Counted from the first letter of the stretch, positions 46,907 through 55,246 are shown. The stretch is DNA of 64,000 bases from Candidatus Methanomethylophilaceae archaeon (GCA_017540825.1 JAFYAH010000051.1:363-64362); one strand, 5' to 3'. Notes: a model not told the origin generated them from the letters alone. A program made the numbers and translations.

Positions 46907-49466
46907 CAAACGGGGTGTGAACATGTTCGAGTCCCTCAAAGCCAAGATGAAGAGCCTCTTCTCCAGAGCGGAGAAGAAGATAGACGAGAAGACGGTCTAT
47001 AAAGAGGGACCTGAGGAGAAGAAGCCGGAACCCCCGAAGGTCGAGGCTCCTAAGACTGAGACGCCCAAAATCGAGGTTCCCAAGACGGAGGCTCCGAAGG
47101 TCGAGGCCCCAAAAGTAGAAACTCCCAAGGCCCCGGAGCCGGCCAAGCCGGAAGCCTCTGCTCCGAAGGTCGAGGCTCCCAAGACGGAGGCTCCGAAGGT
47201 CGAGATTCCGAAAGTGGAAGTCCCGAAGGTCGAGATTCCGAAGACCGAAGTTCCCGAGGCCCAGGAGCCGGCCAAGCCGGAAGAGCCTCCGAAGAAGCTC
47301 TCCAGGAAAGAGCAGCTCAAGCTCAAGAAGCAGGAGAAGTCCGGAGAGGCCTCCAAGCTTCTGAACAACGACTTCCTCAGCAAGAAGATCAAAGAGGATC
47401 CTCTCAACGACATTCTGGAAGAGCTCGGCATCATCCTCCTCGAAGCGGACGTGGCCTATCCGGTCGCAGAGGAAATCAAATCCGGAGTGAGGGAGAACCT
47501 CCTCGGGAAGAAGTACGACCGCTCCTACACCTTGGAGCAGGTGGTGGAGCTCTCGGTCAAGGACGCGGTGAGGGACGTCCTGAAGATCAACGAGTTCGAC
47601 TTCGACGAATGGCTCGAGGGCCGCGAAAAGCCGACGGTGATCATGTTCGTCGGGATAAACGGCACCGGAAAGACCACCGCCATCGCGAAGATGACCAACC
47701 GCATCCAGAAGAAGGGAAAGACCGTCGTCCTGGCCGCCTGCGACACGTTCAGGGCGGGAGCCATAGAGCAGCTCAGCATCCATGCGGAGAAGCTCGGATG
47801 CAAGATAGTCAAGCAGGAGCACGGCGCGGACCCCGCTGCGGTCGCTTACGACGCCATAGAGCACGCCCGCTCGAAGAGGAAGGACGTCGTCTTCATCGAC
47901 ACCGCAGGCCGCATGCAGACCAACAGCAACCTGATCGAGGAGATGAAGAAGATCGTCAGGGTGGCGAAGCCCGACCTGAAGGTCTTCGTCGGCGACTCGC
48001 TCGCAGGCAACGACGCCATCGAGCAGGCTAAGGTCTTCGACAGCGCCATAGGGATCGACGCGGTCATCCTGACCAAGATAGACACGGACGCTAAGGGCGG
48101 AGCGGCGCTGTCCATAGCGCACACCATCGGAAAGCCTATCGCGTTCGTCTGCAACGGCCAGGAATACGACGACATCATCAAGTTCAACACGGACTGGATG
48201 ATCGACAGGATGTTCGAGGAGTGAGCCTCCTCGCTCCTCCCCCTCCAGGCACAGCCTGTAGAAGAGGGAGGCGAAGACCTTGCAGTCCGTCATCAGATTC
48301 TCCAGCACCACGTACTCGTTAGGCTCGTGAAGGGTCCCTCCCCCGCACTGCCACACGTATGCGTCCAGCCCTTTCAGCCTGAAGAAGTTGGCGCAGGTCG
48401 CCCCACCGGTCCCTGAAGGGATAGGCCTGGACCCGGTCACCAGCTCGACGGCGTCGGACAACGCCCTGAAGCCTGCGGATTCTGTGGAAGAAGGCGCTCC
48501 GGACAGGTTGCGCTGGATCTCGGACACGGTTATGGTGGCTCCGGACCTCTCGGAATGCTCCCTGGCCAGCTCCTCAGCCGCCTCGACCACGTCGTCCATG
48601 GAGTAAGAAGGCAGAAGGCGGACGTCCATGCAGAAGCTGTCGGTGCCAGGTATGGTGTTGACGTTGTCCACGGTGGAAGGCCTCTTGGTAGGCTCGAACG
48701 TGGAGAACGGAGGCGAGAACATGGGGTCCTGCGAGGAGAACCTTTCCGCCAGGAGGTCCATCAGGTCCGCAAGGAAGTAGGTGGACACGCGATACGCGTT
48801 TATGCCCTTGTGCGGCGTGGAGCCGTGGACGGACTTCCCCTCGACGTCGAACCTCATCCACAGCAGGTTCTTCTCCGACAGCCATATCCTGCTGCCGCCG
48901 GGAGAGCCCCAGTCCGGTACCACGATGACGTCGTCGCGCGAGAAGCATCCGTTGTCGAGCAGGTATCCTATGCCCATCTCGCTGGTGGTCTCCTCGTCGG
49001 CGACATAAGCAAGGCCTATCGACATCCCTTCCAGCTTCTCAGAAAGGAACGGACGCGCGGCGAAGAACGACGATATTATCGCCTGCCCATTGTCCTCAGT
49101 GCCTCTGCCGTATATCCTCCCGTCCTTCAGGACAGGCTCGAAGGGAGGAGAGTCCCATTTGTCGAGGTCTCCTGCGGGGACGACGTCCGTATGGGCCACG
49201 ATCCACACTGTGCCCTTCTCGGGACCGATCTTCCGGGCGAGTATGTTGGGCCTCTTAACGGAAGGATCGGTGAAGTCAGGAACATCTATCCTGCGGACCT
49301 CGTCGAATCCTTGGAGCCTTTCCATGAGATAGTCGGCCTTCCTGCCTTCCCCCGATCCCCCGTTCTCCGGGGCTAGAGCAGGGATGCGGATCATTCCCAT
49401 CATCATGCTCGCGATTTCGTCTTTCGAGGATTCGATCTCGGAGAGGATCTGGTCCAAAGGCCTCAT
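46857..49466 (-). CDS. M20 family metallopeptidase (ArgE/DapE-like). The homologous part is about 48230..49466; the ORF has no stop until 46857.
   Basis: WIVAHTDVVPAG, GRGTEDNGQ and ADEET metal-ligand blocks. Homology ends near ...KVFASLFYRLCLEGEE, but the frame continues 455 codons antisense to ftsY. Confidence 0.7.
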   Translation of the reverse strand: MRPLDQILSEIESSKDEIASMMMGMIRIPALAPENGGSGEGRKADYLMERLQGFDEVRRIDVPDFTDPSVKRPNILARKIGPEKGTVWIVAHTDVVPAGDLDKWDSPPFEPVLKDGRIYGRGTEDNGQAIISSFFAARPFLSEKLEGMSIGLAYVADEETTSEMGIGYLLDNGCFSRDDVIVVPDWGSPGGSRIWLSEKNLLWMRFDVEGKSVHGSTPHKGINAYRVSTYFLADLMDLLAERFSSQDPMFSPPFSTFEPTKRPSTVDNVNTIPGTDSFCMDVRLLPSYSMDDVVEAAEELAREHSERSGATITVSEIQRNLSGAPSSTESAGFRALSDAVELVTGSRPIPSGTGGATCANFFRLKGLDAYVWQCGGGTLHEPNEYVVLENLMTDCKVFASLFYRLCLEGEERGGSLLEHPVDHPVRVELDDVVVFLAVADERDRLSDGVRYGQRRSALSVRVYLGQDDRVDPYGAVEDLSLLDGVVACERVADEDLQVGLRHPDDLLHLLDQVAVGLHAACGVDEDDVLPLRAGVLYGVVSDRSGVRAVLLLDYLASELLRMDAELLYGSRPERVAGGQDDGLSLLLDAVGHLRDGGGLSGAVYPDEHDHRRLFAALEPFVEVELVDLQDVPHRVLDRELHHLLQGVGAVVLLPEEVLPHSGFDFLCDRIGHVRFEEDDAELFQNVVERILFDLLAEEVVVQKLGGLSGLLLLLELELLFPGELLRRLFRLGRLLGLGNFGLRNLDLRDFHFRNLDLRSLRLGSLDLRSRGFRLGRLRGLGSFYFWGLDLRSLRLGNLDFGRLSLRSLDLRGFRLLLLRSLFIDRLLVYLLLRSGEEALHLGFEGLEHVHTPFVRPAAVWQSIPAVSRQ
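46923..48224 (+). CDS. ftsY: Signal recognition particle receptor FtsY.
   Basis: NG domain with GINGTGKTT, DTAGR and TKID. Repetitive acidic/proline N-terminal A-domain. Confidence 0.95.
   Translation: MFESLKAKMKSLFSRAEKKIDEKTVYKEGPEEKKPEPPKVEAPKTETPKIEVPKTEAPKVEAPKVETPKAPEPAKPEASAPKVEAPKTEAPKVEIPKVEVPKVEIPKTEVPEAQEPAKPEEPPKKLSRKEQLKLKKQEKSGEASKLLNNDFLSKKIKEDPLNDILEELGIILLEADVAYPVAEEIKSGVRENLLGKKYDRSYTLEQVVELSVKDAVRDVLKINEFDFDEWLEGREKPTVIMFVGINGTGKTTAIAKMTNRIQKKGKTVVLAACDTFRAGAIEQLSIHAEKLGCKIVKQEHGADPAAVAYDAIEHARSKRKDVVFIDTAGRMQTNSNLIEEMKKIVRVAKPDLKVFVGDSLAGNDAIEQAKVFDSAIGIDAVILTKIDTDAKGGAALSIAHTIGKPIAFVCNGQEYDDIIKFNTDWMIDRMFEE
47030..47300 (+). repeat. Tandem 15-nt (pentapeptide P-K-x-E-x) coding repeats in the ftsY A-domain.
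   Basis: PKVEAPKTETPKIEVPKTEAPKVEAPKVETPK...PKVEAPKTEAPKVEIPKVEVPKVEIPKTEVP. A larger internal duplication is marked by GAGCCGGCCAAGCCGGAAG occurring twice. Confidence 0.85.
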
Positions 49467-49590
49467 GACGGATGGAATGGCGTAATCGTTAAAATCATTG
49501 ACCTAAGGGATGAGGAACAGCAGGATTCAAACCTCGACAACCACAAGATGCTAAGACACTGCGGCTGCAGACGGATGATGAACGGAGTCA

Positions 49591-49650
49591 TAAAAAGGTG
49601 AGATGGGGCGGCTGCCTTGGAGACCCTTCGACAAGCCGCCTCCCATCACA
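49591..49650 (-). terminator. Long hairpin plus T-run after the thiolase gene.
   Basis: Minus strand reads GTGATGGGAGGCGGC-N22-GCCGCCCCATCTCAC, followed by CTTTTTTAT. Confidence 0.5.
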
Positions 49651-49672
49651 CGAATGGTTTGGATACACCTGG

Positions 49673-50851
49673 TCAGCAGCGGCGGATGATCGTGGTCACC
49701 GCGTTTCCTCCGCCTAGGCATAGCGTCCCGAGGCCGACGTCCTTCTTGCGGTTGATCAGCGCGTAGAGGAGAGTCGTGAGGACGCGGGCTCCAGAGCATC
49801 CTATCGGGTGGCCGAGGGCGACCGCGCCGCCGTTGACGTTGAATATCTCGTCGGGGACGTTCAGCTCCTTCTTCACCGCGCATGATGCGGACGCGAAGGC
49901 CTCGTTGTGCTCGAAGAGGTCGATGTCGTCGATGGTCATCCCAGCCTTCTTCAGAACGTGCCTGGTCGTGGGGATGGGAGCCTCCATTATGTATTCGGGC
50001 TTGACTCCGCGCTCCCCGTAGGCCTCTATGGTCGCGAGAGGCTTGAGCCCGTTCTCCTCGGCCCACTTGCGGGAGGCGACGATGAGAGCGGACGCACCGT
50101 CGCTGAGCTGGGAGGAGTTGCCGGCGGTCACCAGCCCGTCCTTCTTGAACACGGGCTTGAGCTTGGCCAGGACCTCCATGGTGGTGTCCGCCCTGATGCC
50201 TTCGTCCGCGTCCACGACTATGTCGCCTTTCTTGGAAGGGATCGTGACCGGAACTATCTCGTCCTTGAACCTGCCCTCTTTGGTGGCGGCGGCGGCCTTG
50301 AGATGGGATTCCATGGAAAGCCTGTCGGCGTCCTCCCTGGTGACGTTGAACCTCTCGGCCACGATCTCCCCGGTGAAGCCCATGTGCTGGTTGTTGAAGA
50401 TGTCCCAGAGGCCGTCATGGACCATCGCGTCGACCATGGTCTGGTCGTTCATCTTGTATCCCCATCTTGCGCCGTTTAGGAGGTACGGGGCAGCGGACAT
50501 GTTCTCCATCCCTCCGACGGCCAGGACGCTGTATTCCTTTGCTTTTATGGCGTCGGCGGCGAGCATCAGCGCCTTCATCCCTGAGCCGCAGACGGCGTTC
50601 ACTGTGAAAGACCCTATCTCGACGGGAAGACCGGCTCCGATGGCGGCCTGCCTAGCGGGATTCTGGCCGAGGCCCGCGCTGATGACGTTCCCCATGATGC
50701 ACTCTTCCACGTCGCTGGACTGTATACCGGCTCTGGAGACGGCTTCCTTGACGGCAATCGCTCCGAGATCGGTGGCTTTTATGCTCGCGAGAGCTTTTCC
50801 GTACTTTCCTATCGGCGTTCTCGCCGCGCTGAGTATGACTGCTTCATCCAT
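49673..50851 (-). CDS. Acetyl-CoA C-acetyltransferase (thiolase II).
   Basis: NAVCGSGMKA (Cys nucleophile), GHPIGCSGARV, and LCLGGGNAV. Confidence 0.92.
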   Translation of the reverse strand: MDEAVILSAARTPIGKYGKALASIKATDLGAIAVKEAVSRAGIQSSDVEECIMGNVISAGLGQNPARQAAIGAGLPVEIGSFTVNAVCGSGMKALMLAADAIKAKEYSVLAVGGMENMSAAPYLLNGARWGYKMNDQTMVDAMVHDGLWDIFNNQHMGFTGEIVAERFNVTREDADRLSMESHLKAAAATKEGRFKDEIVPVTIPSKKGDIVVDADEGIRADTTMEVLAKLKPVFKKDGLVTAGNSSQLSDGASALIVASRKWAEENGLKPLATIEAYGERGVKPEYIMEAPIPTTRHVLKKAGMTIDDIDLFEHNEAFASASCAVKKELNVPDEIFNVNGGAVALGHPIGCSGARVLTTLLYALINRKKDVGLGTLCLGGGNAVTTIIRRC

Positions 50852-50901
50852 GGGACGACCTTCTGATCGAACCATAGACGGTGTATATAAATTAGTGTCG
50901 A

Positions 50902-52227
50902 TTAGTTACTACGACTATTGACGAACTCAACGGGCTGGACCTCGCCCATCCTCTTCAAAGGCTTGGACAGGTGCCTCCTGGCCGCGGTAGGCGGCTCGTA
51001 CCACCCGGGAACCATAGGACGGACTGCGCGCTCCATGACAGGAAGAGATGCGCGCGTGTGGCACTTTTTACATCTGAACCCAGCTCCCGAGCCGGCGGAC
51101 CCCATGGTCCTGGAGCACTGGGGGCAGACTGGGTTCGAGATCTTCTTCCATTCGGTTACGGTCGAGACCACATGGAGCTTCTCGATGTTCAAGGTGCGCG
51201 GTTCCTCCCTAAGCTCCCCCAGGACCTCCACATCGTCGCCGACGTCGAGCCAGTCCAGGGACATGCGGAACTCCTTCGAGGGCTCGTAGGCTCCGCATTC
51301 TACCTTTCCATGCTTGGTCTCGATGTCGAAGAACACATGTCCGCCGGGTATATGCCTCGAAAGGGAAGACACCTTGCCTTTCAGCAGATAGGACTGATTG
51401 GGAACCAGGGCCTTGGCATCGCGGATGATGTGGTCGTCCGTGCCCTGGTTCGTGAGGAACACCATCCACCTCTCCAGAGGCTCCGTGGATATCTTGGCTG
51501 AAGCCTCTATCAGGTCGGACTCCACGTCCCCGCGAAGGCCGTACATCACCGGACATGGGGTGGAAGGGACCATGGCCACCTTCTGCATGCGGTCCTCCCA
51601 GCTGTTGAAGGTGGTGGGATACCCGTGCTCGATGTCGCGGATGGTGAGAGGATCGAACACCCTCTCGGTTCCCCACCTCTCCTGAGGCCTGTATGAAAGA
51701 AGCTCGAAAGTGCTGTCCCTAGGCCTCCAGGCCATGCCGCACGTGCATCCGATGAGTCCTCTGCCGCAGCCGATGGTGAAGACCGTGCCGGAGATCCTTC
51801 TGATCTCCGGATCGACGTCGTCGCGGGAGAGGATGGTCCTGACACCCCTCCAATAGAAGGACTGCGAAGGCTTGACAGCGGATATCAGGAGGCCTGGGTC
51901 AGAATCGTCCTCGTGATGCTCCTGGATATGGGGAATTATCCTCTCCCTCATCTCAGCGGGATCCGGCTCGAATGAGGAGCATCTGTCATAGCAGAAGACG
52001 TCCCTGTCGCCTATACGGCCGATCATCCTCTTGGCGCCGACCCCTTTTCCGAACCGCATGACGAGGGCCCCGTTCCCGCGGGTCTTCCATGGAACGGCGG
52101 GATTGAGACGGACCAGACGAGGATTGCCGATGAGGTCGAGATCGGAGAACTCGCGTATGATCTCGGTAGCGAGATAGGTGGTGCAGTTCCCCTTCATTGA
52201 ATCGGTATCGTCGACAGCAACGAACAT
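50902..52227 (-). CDS. tiaS: tRNA(Ile2) 2-agmatinylcytidine synthetase TiaS.
   Basis: MFVAVDDTDS...CTTYL N-terminus, RLNPAVPWKTRGNGA, and a C-terminal zinc ribbon CPQC...CKKC. Confidence 0.88.
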   Translation of the reverse strand: MFVAVDDTDSMKGNCTTYLATEIIREFSDLDLIGNPRLVRLNPAVPWKTRGNGALVMRFGKGVGAKRMIGRIGDRDVFCYDRCSSFEPDPAEMRERIIPHIQEHHEDDSDPGLLISAVKPSQSFYWRGVRTILSRDDVDPEIRRISGTVFTIGCGRGLIGCTCGMAWRPRDSTFELLSYRPQERWGTERVFDPLTIRDIEHGYPTTFNSWEDRMQKVAMVPSTPCPVMYGLRGDVESDLIEASAKISTEPLERWMVFLTNQGTDDHIIRDAKALVPNQSYLLKGKVSSLSRHIPGGHVFFDIETKHGKVECGAYEPSKEFRMSLDWLDVGDDVEVLGELREEPRTLNIEKLHVVSTVTEWKKISNPVCPQCSRTMGSAGSGAGFRCKKCHTRASLPVMERAVRPMVPGWYEPPTAARRHLSKPLKRMGEVQPVEFVNSRSN

Positions 52228-52564
52228 CGAGCATCGTCATGGAGACCGCCGTCTTATAATCTGCCTGCATGCGATCGTCGAGAAGCATCACGGAAGACGC
52301 GAAGAAGATGGAGCCGTCGTCGGAAAAAGCGCCGGATACGCCATAATGACCCAGGTCCACGACTGCTTCCTTAGAGAAACACCTCATGAAAGTTCCGTCG
52401 GAGCAGTCCATCTGGAAGGTGTATCCGTTGGAACCCTTCTTCACGTCATGGACTATCCCCCTCTGGTCGAAATCCATAAGAGGATTGCTGCTGAACACGA
52501 GAAACACGGATACGACAGCTACAACTGCGAGAGCTAGGACTAGATACCTGTTCAACCGGACCAT
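51986..52564 (-). CDS. Small membrane-anchored hypothetical protein, with a 3' tail overlapping tiaS.
   Basis: MVRLNRYLVLALAVVAVVSVFLVF anchor, then a beta-rich domain of about 85 aa. The frame stays open 80 codons beyond the tiaS ATG (different frame). Confidence 0.45.
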   Translation of the reverse strand: MVRLNRYLVLALAVVAVVSVFLVFSSNPLMDFDQRGIVHDVKKGSNGYTFQMDCSDGTFMRCFSKEAVVDLGHYGVSGAFSDDGSIFFASSVMLLDDRMQADYKTAVSMTMLDVRCCRRYRFNEGELHHLSRYRDHTRVLRSRPHRQSSSGPSQSRRSMEDPRERGPRHAVRKRGRRQEDDRPYRRQGRLLL

Positions 52565-52619
52565 CGGAACAAAAAATCCGAGATAGAATAAAGAAGGAGA
52601 GGGGTGCGGTAGACAGACA

Positions 52620-52649
52620 CCCCCCCACCCCTCCATTTCCACTGGAACT
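52620..52649 (-). other. Origin recognition box ORB1.
   Basis: Minus strand reads AGTTCCAGTGGAAATGGAGGGGTGGGGGGG. It has the TTCCAGTGGAA dyad plus a G-string and is identical over 30 nt to ORB3 in inverted orientation. Confidence 0.8.
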
Positions 52650-52670
52650 CGAAATTCGAGAACGAGAGTT

Positions 52671-52757
52671 TCAGAGAATGGAGTTGATGAGGCAGAGAAC
52701 GCCGATAAAAGCGGCAATTCCGAGAATGCAAGCGCCGATAACGAGCCAACCTTTCAT
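52671..52757 (-). CDS. 28-aa hydrophobic peptide ORF inside the origin region.
   Basis: MKGWLVIGACILGIAAFIGVLCLINSIL. GGAGG lies 9 nt upstream. GC3-rich codons. It shares a 17-nt initiation region with the LX gene. Confidence 0.45.
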   Translation of the reverse strand: MKGWLVIGACILGIAAFIGVLCLINSIL

Positions 52758-52831
52758 TTTGATTACCCTCCGGAAGTAATGTAAAGAGTAAGAGGGACCT
52801 ATTATTTAACATGGTTGAGGTCCGGAACAGG

Positions 52832-52859
52832 GACACCCCCATATTTCCACTAGAGAAAC
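52832..52859 (-). other. Origin recognition box ORB2 (degenerate).
   Basis: Minus strand reads GTTTCTCTAGTGGAAATATGGGGGTGTC. The AGTGGAAAT core plus G-string is retained. Confidence 0.6.
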
Positions 52860-52933
52860 TGATTGGAAAACAGAGACATCGGAAAACCGAGAATGAAATC
52901 ATTATAAACATCGTCAAGATACACTGGAAAGAA

Positions 52934-52956
52934 ATCGGAAAAAAGGTTTTTCCGAT
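52934..52956. promoter_or_regulatory. Perfect 10-bp inverted repeat immediately upstream of orc1/cdc6.
   Basis: ATCGGAAAAA-AGG-TTTTTCCGAT, ending 15 nt before ATG 52971. Confidence 0.4.
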
Positions 52957-52970
52957 GAAAGGTGAGGGAA

Positions 52971-54206
52971 ATGAGCGAGACGAACATCTTCACACAGTAC
53001 ATGCAAAAAAGAAATGTGATTGTGAAGAACAAGAAGATACTCCAATCTTCGTACATCCCCGAGAATCTGCCTCACAGGACGGATAAGATCAACGAAGTCG
53101 TCGAGATAATCGCTCCCTCGCTCAACAAGGACAAACCCTCCAATATTCTGATAATCGGAAAGACGGGAACCGGAAAAACTGCTGTGATGAACTATATCGG
53201 TAAGGAGCTGAAGAAAGCGGACCCGGACCAGGAGAACTGTGCCTTCATCTATGTGAACTGCGAAGTCGTCGACACCCCTTATGGAATCCTTTACAACATA
53301 TCCAACCAGATCATATCGGAACCCAGCAAGAAGATACCGTTCACCGGATGGAGCCTCGACAAAGTCTTCGCTGAGCTGACGGATTACATCGACAAGGAGA
53401 ACAAGATCTTCATCATAGTCCTCGACGAGATAGACAGGTCGTTCCAGAAGAACGGGGACGACATATTCTATTACCTTACCACTATCAACGAAGTCCTTCA
53501 GAACTCTAAGGTCTCCGTCATAGGGATTACCAACAATGCGAAGTTCACAGAATTCCTCAGCCCCAAAATCAAGAGCAGGTTAGGAGAGGAGAAGATAATA
53601 TTTCCTCCGTATAACGTCAATCAGCTGCAGGACATTCTTTATGAAAGAGCAAAGTTCGCATTCGACGACGGAGTCCTCGAAGACGATGTGATCCCTTATT
53701 GCGCTGCGCTGTCTGCCCAGGAGATGGGAGATGCGAGAAGGGCTTTGGATCTGCTGAGGATGTCCGCCGATATGGCAGAAAGGAATGGAGACAAGAAGGT
53801 TACTTCTGCGCATGTCCGCTCTGCAAAGAACAAGATAGAGCTGGACGCTGTGTCTGAAGTCATCAAGACTCTTACAATCCAATCGAAGACCGTTCTTATG
53901 AGCGTAATCCTGAACCATGAGGAAGATAACGAACCTATGACGACTGGAGACGTCTACACCAAATACAAGTTCGTCTGCGAGGTCATCGGCCAGTCCATAC
54001 TCACTCAGAGAAGGGTCGGCGGCCTGATATCCGAGCTCGACATGCTCGGCATAGTTCATGCAAGGGTCAAATCCTTCGGAAGGGCAGGTCGCACCAAGGA
54101 GATCGAGCTCAGCACTCCTAAAGAAATCGTCAACATGATCAAGAACGACGATGCTTTCAAAGATCTCAACAACTACAAACCTCCCAAGCAGACGACGATC
54201 TGCTGA
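52971..54206 (+). CDS. cdc6: Orc1/Cdc6 replication initiator.
   Basis: LPHRTDKINE, Walker A GKTGTGKTA, Walker B IIVLDEID, sensor ITNN, and a C-terminal winged helix. Confidence 0.95.
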   Translation: MSETNIFTQYMQKRNVIVKNKKILQSSYIPENLPHRTDKINEVVEIIAPSLNKDKPSNILIIGKTGTGKTAVMNYIGKELKKADPDQENCAFIYVNCEVVDTPYGILYNISNQIISEPSKKIPFTGWSLDKVFAELTDYIDKENKIFIIVLDEIDRSFQKNGDDIFYYLTTINEVLQNSKVSVIGITNNAKFTEFLSPKIKSRLGEEKIIFPPYNVNQLQDILYERAKFAFDDGVLEDDVIPYCAALSAQEMGDARRALDLLRMSADMAERNGDKKVTSAHVRSAKNKIELDAVSEVIKTLTIQSKTVLMSVILNHEEDNEPMTTGDVYTKYKFVCEVIGQSILTQRRVGGLISELDMLGIVHARVKSFGRAGRTKEIELSTPKEIVNMIKNDDAFKDLNNYKPPKQTTIC

Positions 54207-54295
54207 GGTCCATAGGAAAGATCGTCTTTCTGAACCTTCCTTTCTGCAAAGACGTCCAATCGTCTGATGAAATGCTCAGATGATGCTGTATGATC

Positions 54296-54340
54296 TCGAT
54301 TTTTCATTCTATTCAATGGTTTCATTCTTGTTTCCAGGTA
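54296..54340. other. AT-rich candidate duplex unwinding element.
   Basis: TCGATTTTTCATTCTATTCAATGGTTTCATTCTTGTTTCC, with TTTCATTCT repeated. It lies 50 nt from ORB3. Confidence 0.3.
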
Positions 54341-54390
54341 TTGGGACATGGTTTTTCCTGTCTCTGAAAAAGACCCTGTTCCGGATTTCC

Positions 54391-54420
54391 AGTTCCAGTG
54401 GAAATGGAGGGGTGGGGGGG
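54391..54420 (+). other. Origin recognition box ORB3.
   Basis: AGTTCCAGTGGAAATGGAGGGGTGGGGGGG, the inverted partner of ORB1. Confidence 0.8.
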
Positions 54421-54430
54421 GTCTGACCCC

Positions 54431-55246
54431 TCACTCCTCGGAATCTTCGTCGTTCTTTCTGAACTTCCATCCCGTCATCGCTTTCCATTGGAACGCTATG
54501 TCTATCAGGAACAGGGCTCCGATTATCGTGACGATGCTCATGGCGAGGGAGGGAAGGCTGTTGGGAACATAGGAGAGGTTCGTGGTGTTTCCGTTTATGA
54601 ACAGCTTTATCGTTCCGAGCCAGGGGATCTCCGCTATCGGGACCGACCTTATGTCCTCGTATCCGATCGCGTGGTTTATTATCCCCGAGGCCTGGTCGAA
54701 GGACATGTTGGTCTTCGGATTGTCTCCCAGAGTGAGATATCCGCTCTTCTTCGTCAGGCTGTTCAGGTTTATGCTCACGGTCTTCTTGGATTGGGTGAGG
54801 TCCTTGAACGTCAGCGTCCCATGGAGGTTGCTGTAGTCTTCATCCTGGGTTCCGCCGCTGCTGCAGTACCACTCGCCTTTGTAGTCTTTCAGCTCCTTGG
54901 ACGACCATGTCTCGTTCTTCGAATCCCAGTCCAGCCACACTATCGCTCTGTGAATCACGGGATTGGAATTGGAACTCCTCTCGTAGATGATCACGGACCC
55001 GTAGTCTCCGAAGGTGGAATATCCGGTGTTCGTCCCTGCGACATAGCTCTGGATCGTCGCGTTGGCTTTGTTCTTCACGACCATGACGTCTCCGGTGTCT
55101 ATGCATCCGATCTCCGACCTCTCGTTGTCGTGCTGCATGCTCTGCGACATCACGACGCTGAAAGGGGTGCTCATCCCCGTGTATGAGATCAGAGAGGCAT
55201 ACCCGCCTACGATGATCGCCAGGACAGCTATCAGGACGAATACCAT
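54431..55246 (-). CDS. Archaeal-type signal peptidase I (S26B/Sec11-like).
   Basis: N-terminal anchor, SQSM (Ser box), GDVMVV, VIHRAI (His box), LGDNPKTNMSFD, and a C-terminal TM helix. It has a long insertion between the His box and the GDN box. An alternative GTG start lies at 55267. Confidence 0.7.
   Translation of the reverse strand: MVFVLIAVLAIIVGGYASLISYTGMSTPFSVVMSQSMQHDNERSEIGCIDTGDVMVVKNKANATIQSYVAGTNTGYSTFGDYGSVIIYERSSNSNPVIHRAIVWLDWDSKNETWSSKELKDYKGEWYCSSGGTQDEDYSNLHGTLTFKDLTQSKKTVSINLNSLTKKSGYLTLGDNPKTNMSFDQASGIINHAIGYEDIRSVPIAEIPWLGTIKLFINGNTTNLSYVPNSLPSLAMSIVTIIGALFLIDIAFQWKAMTGWKFRKNDEDSEE

Noticed and set aside
49505-49580. tRNA-like GGATTCAAACC motif.
   Set aside because: Its reverse complement GGTTTGAATCC has U instead of the invariant C56. 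The flanking stems do not pair and no matching acceptor strand exists.
52552-53086. Track ORFs 52552..52917(-) and 52811..53086(+) in the origin region.
   Set aside because: They span the ORB elements and AT-rich spacers, have implausible composition, and overlap the orc1 start.
54258-54300. Additional C/D box sRNA candidates: CTGATGA...GATGATG at 54258, ATGATGA at 49575, ATGATGA at 23648 and ATGATTA...CTGA at 55293.
   Set aside because: The box spacing is wrong, or the D/D' CUGA boxes and the terminal stem are missing. One has a UGAUUA box that breaks the kink-turn GA pairs.
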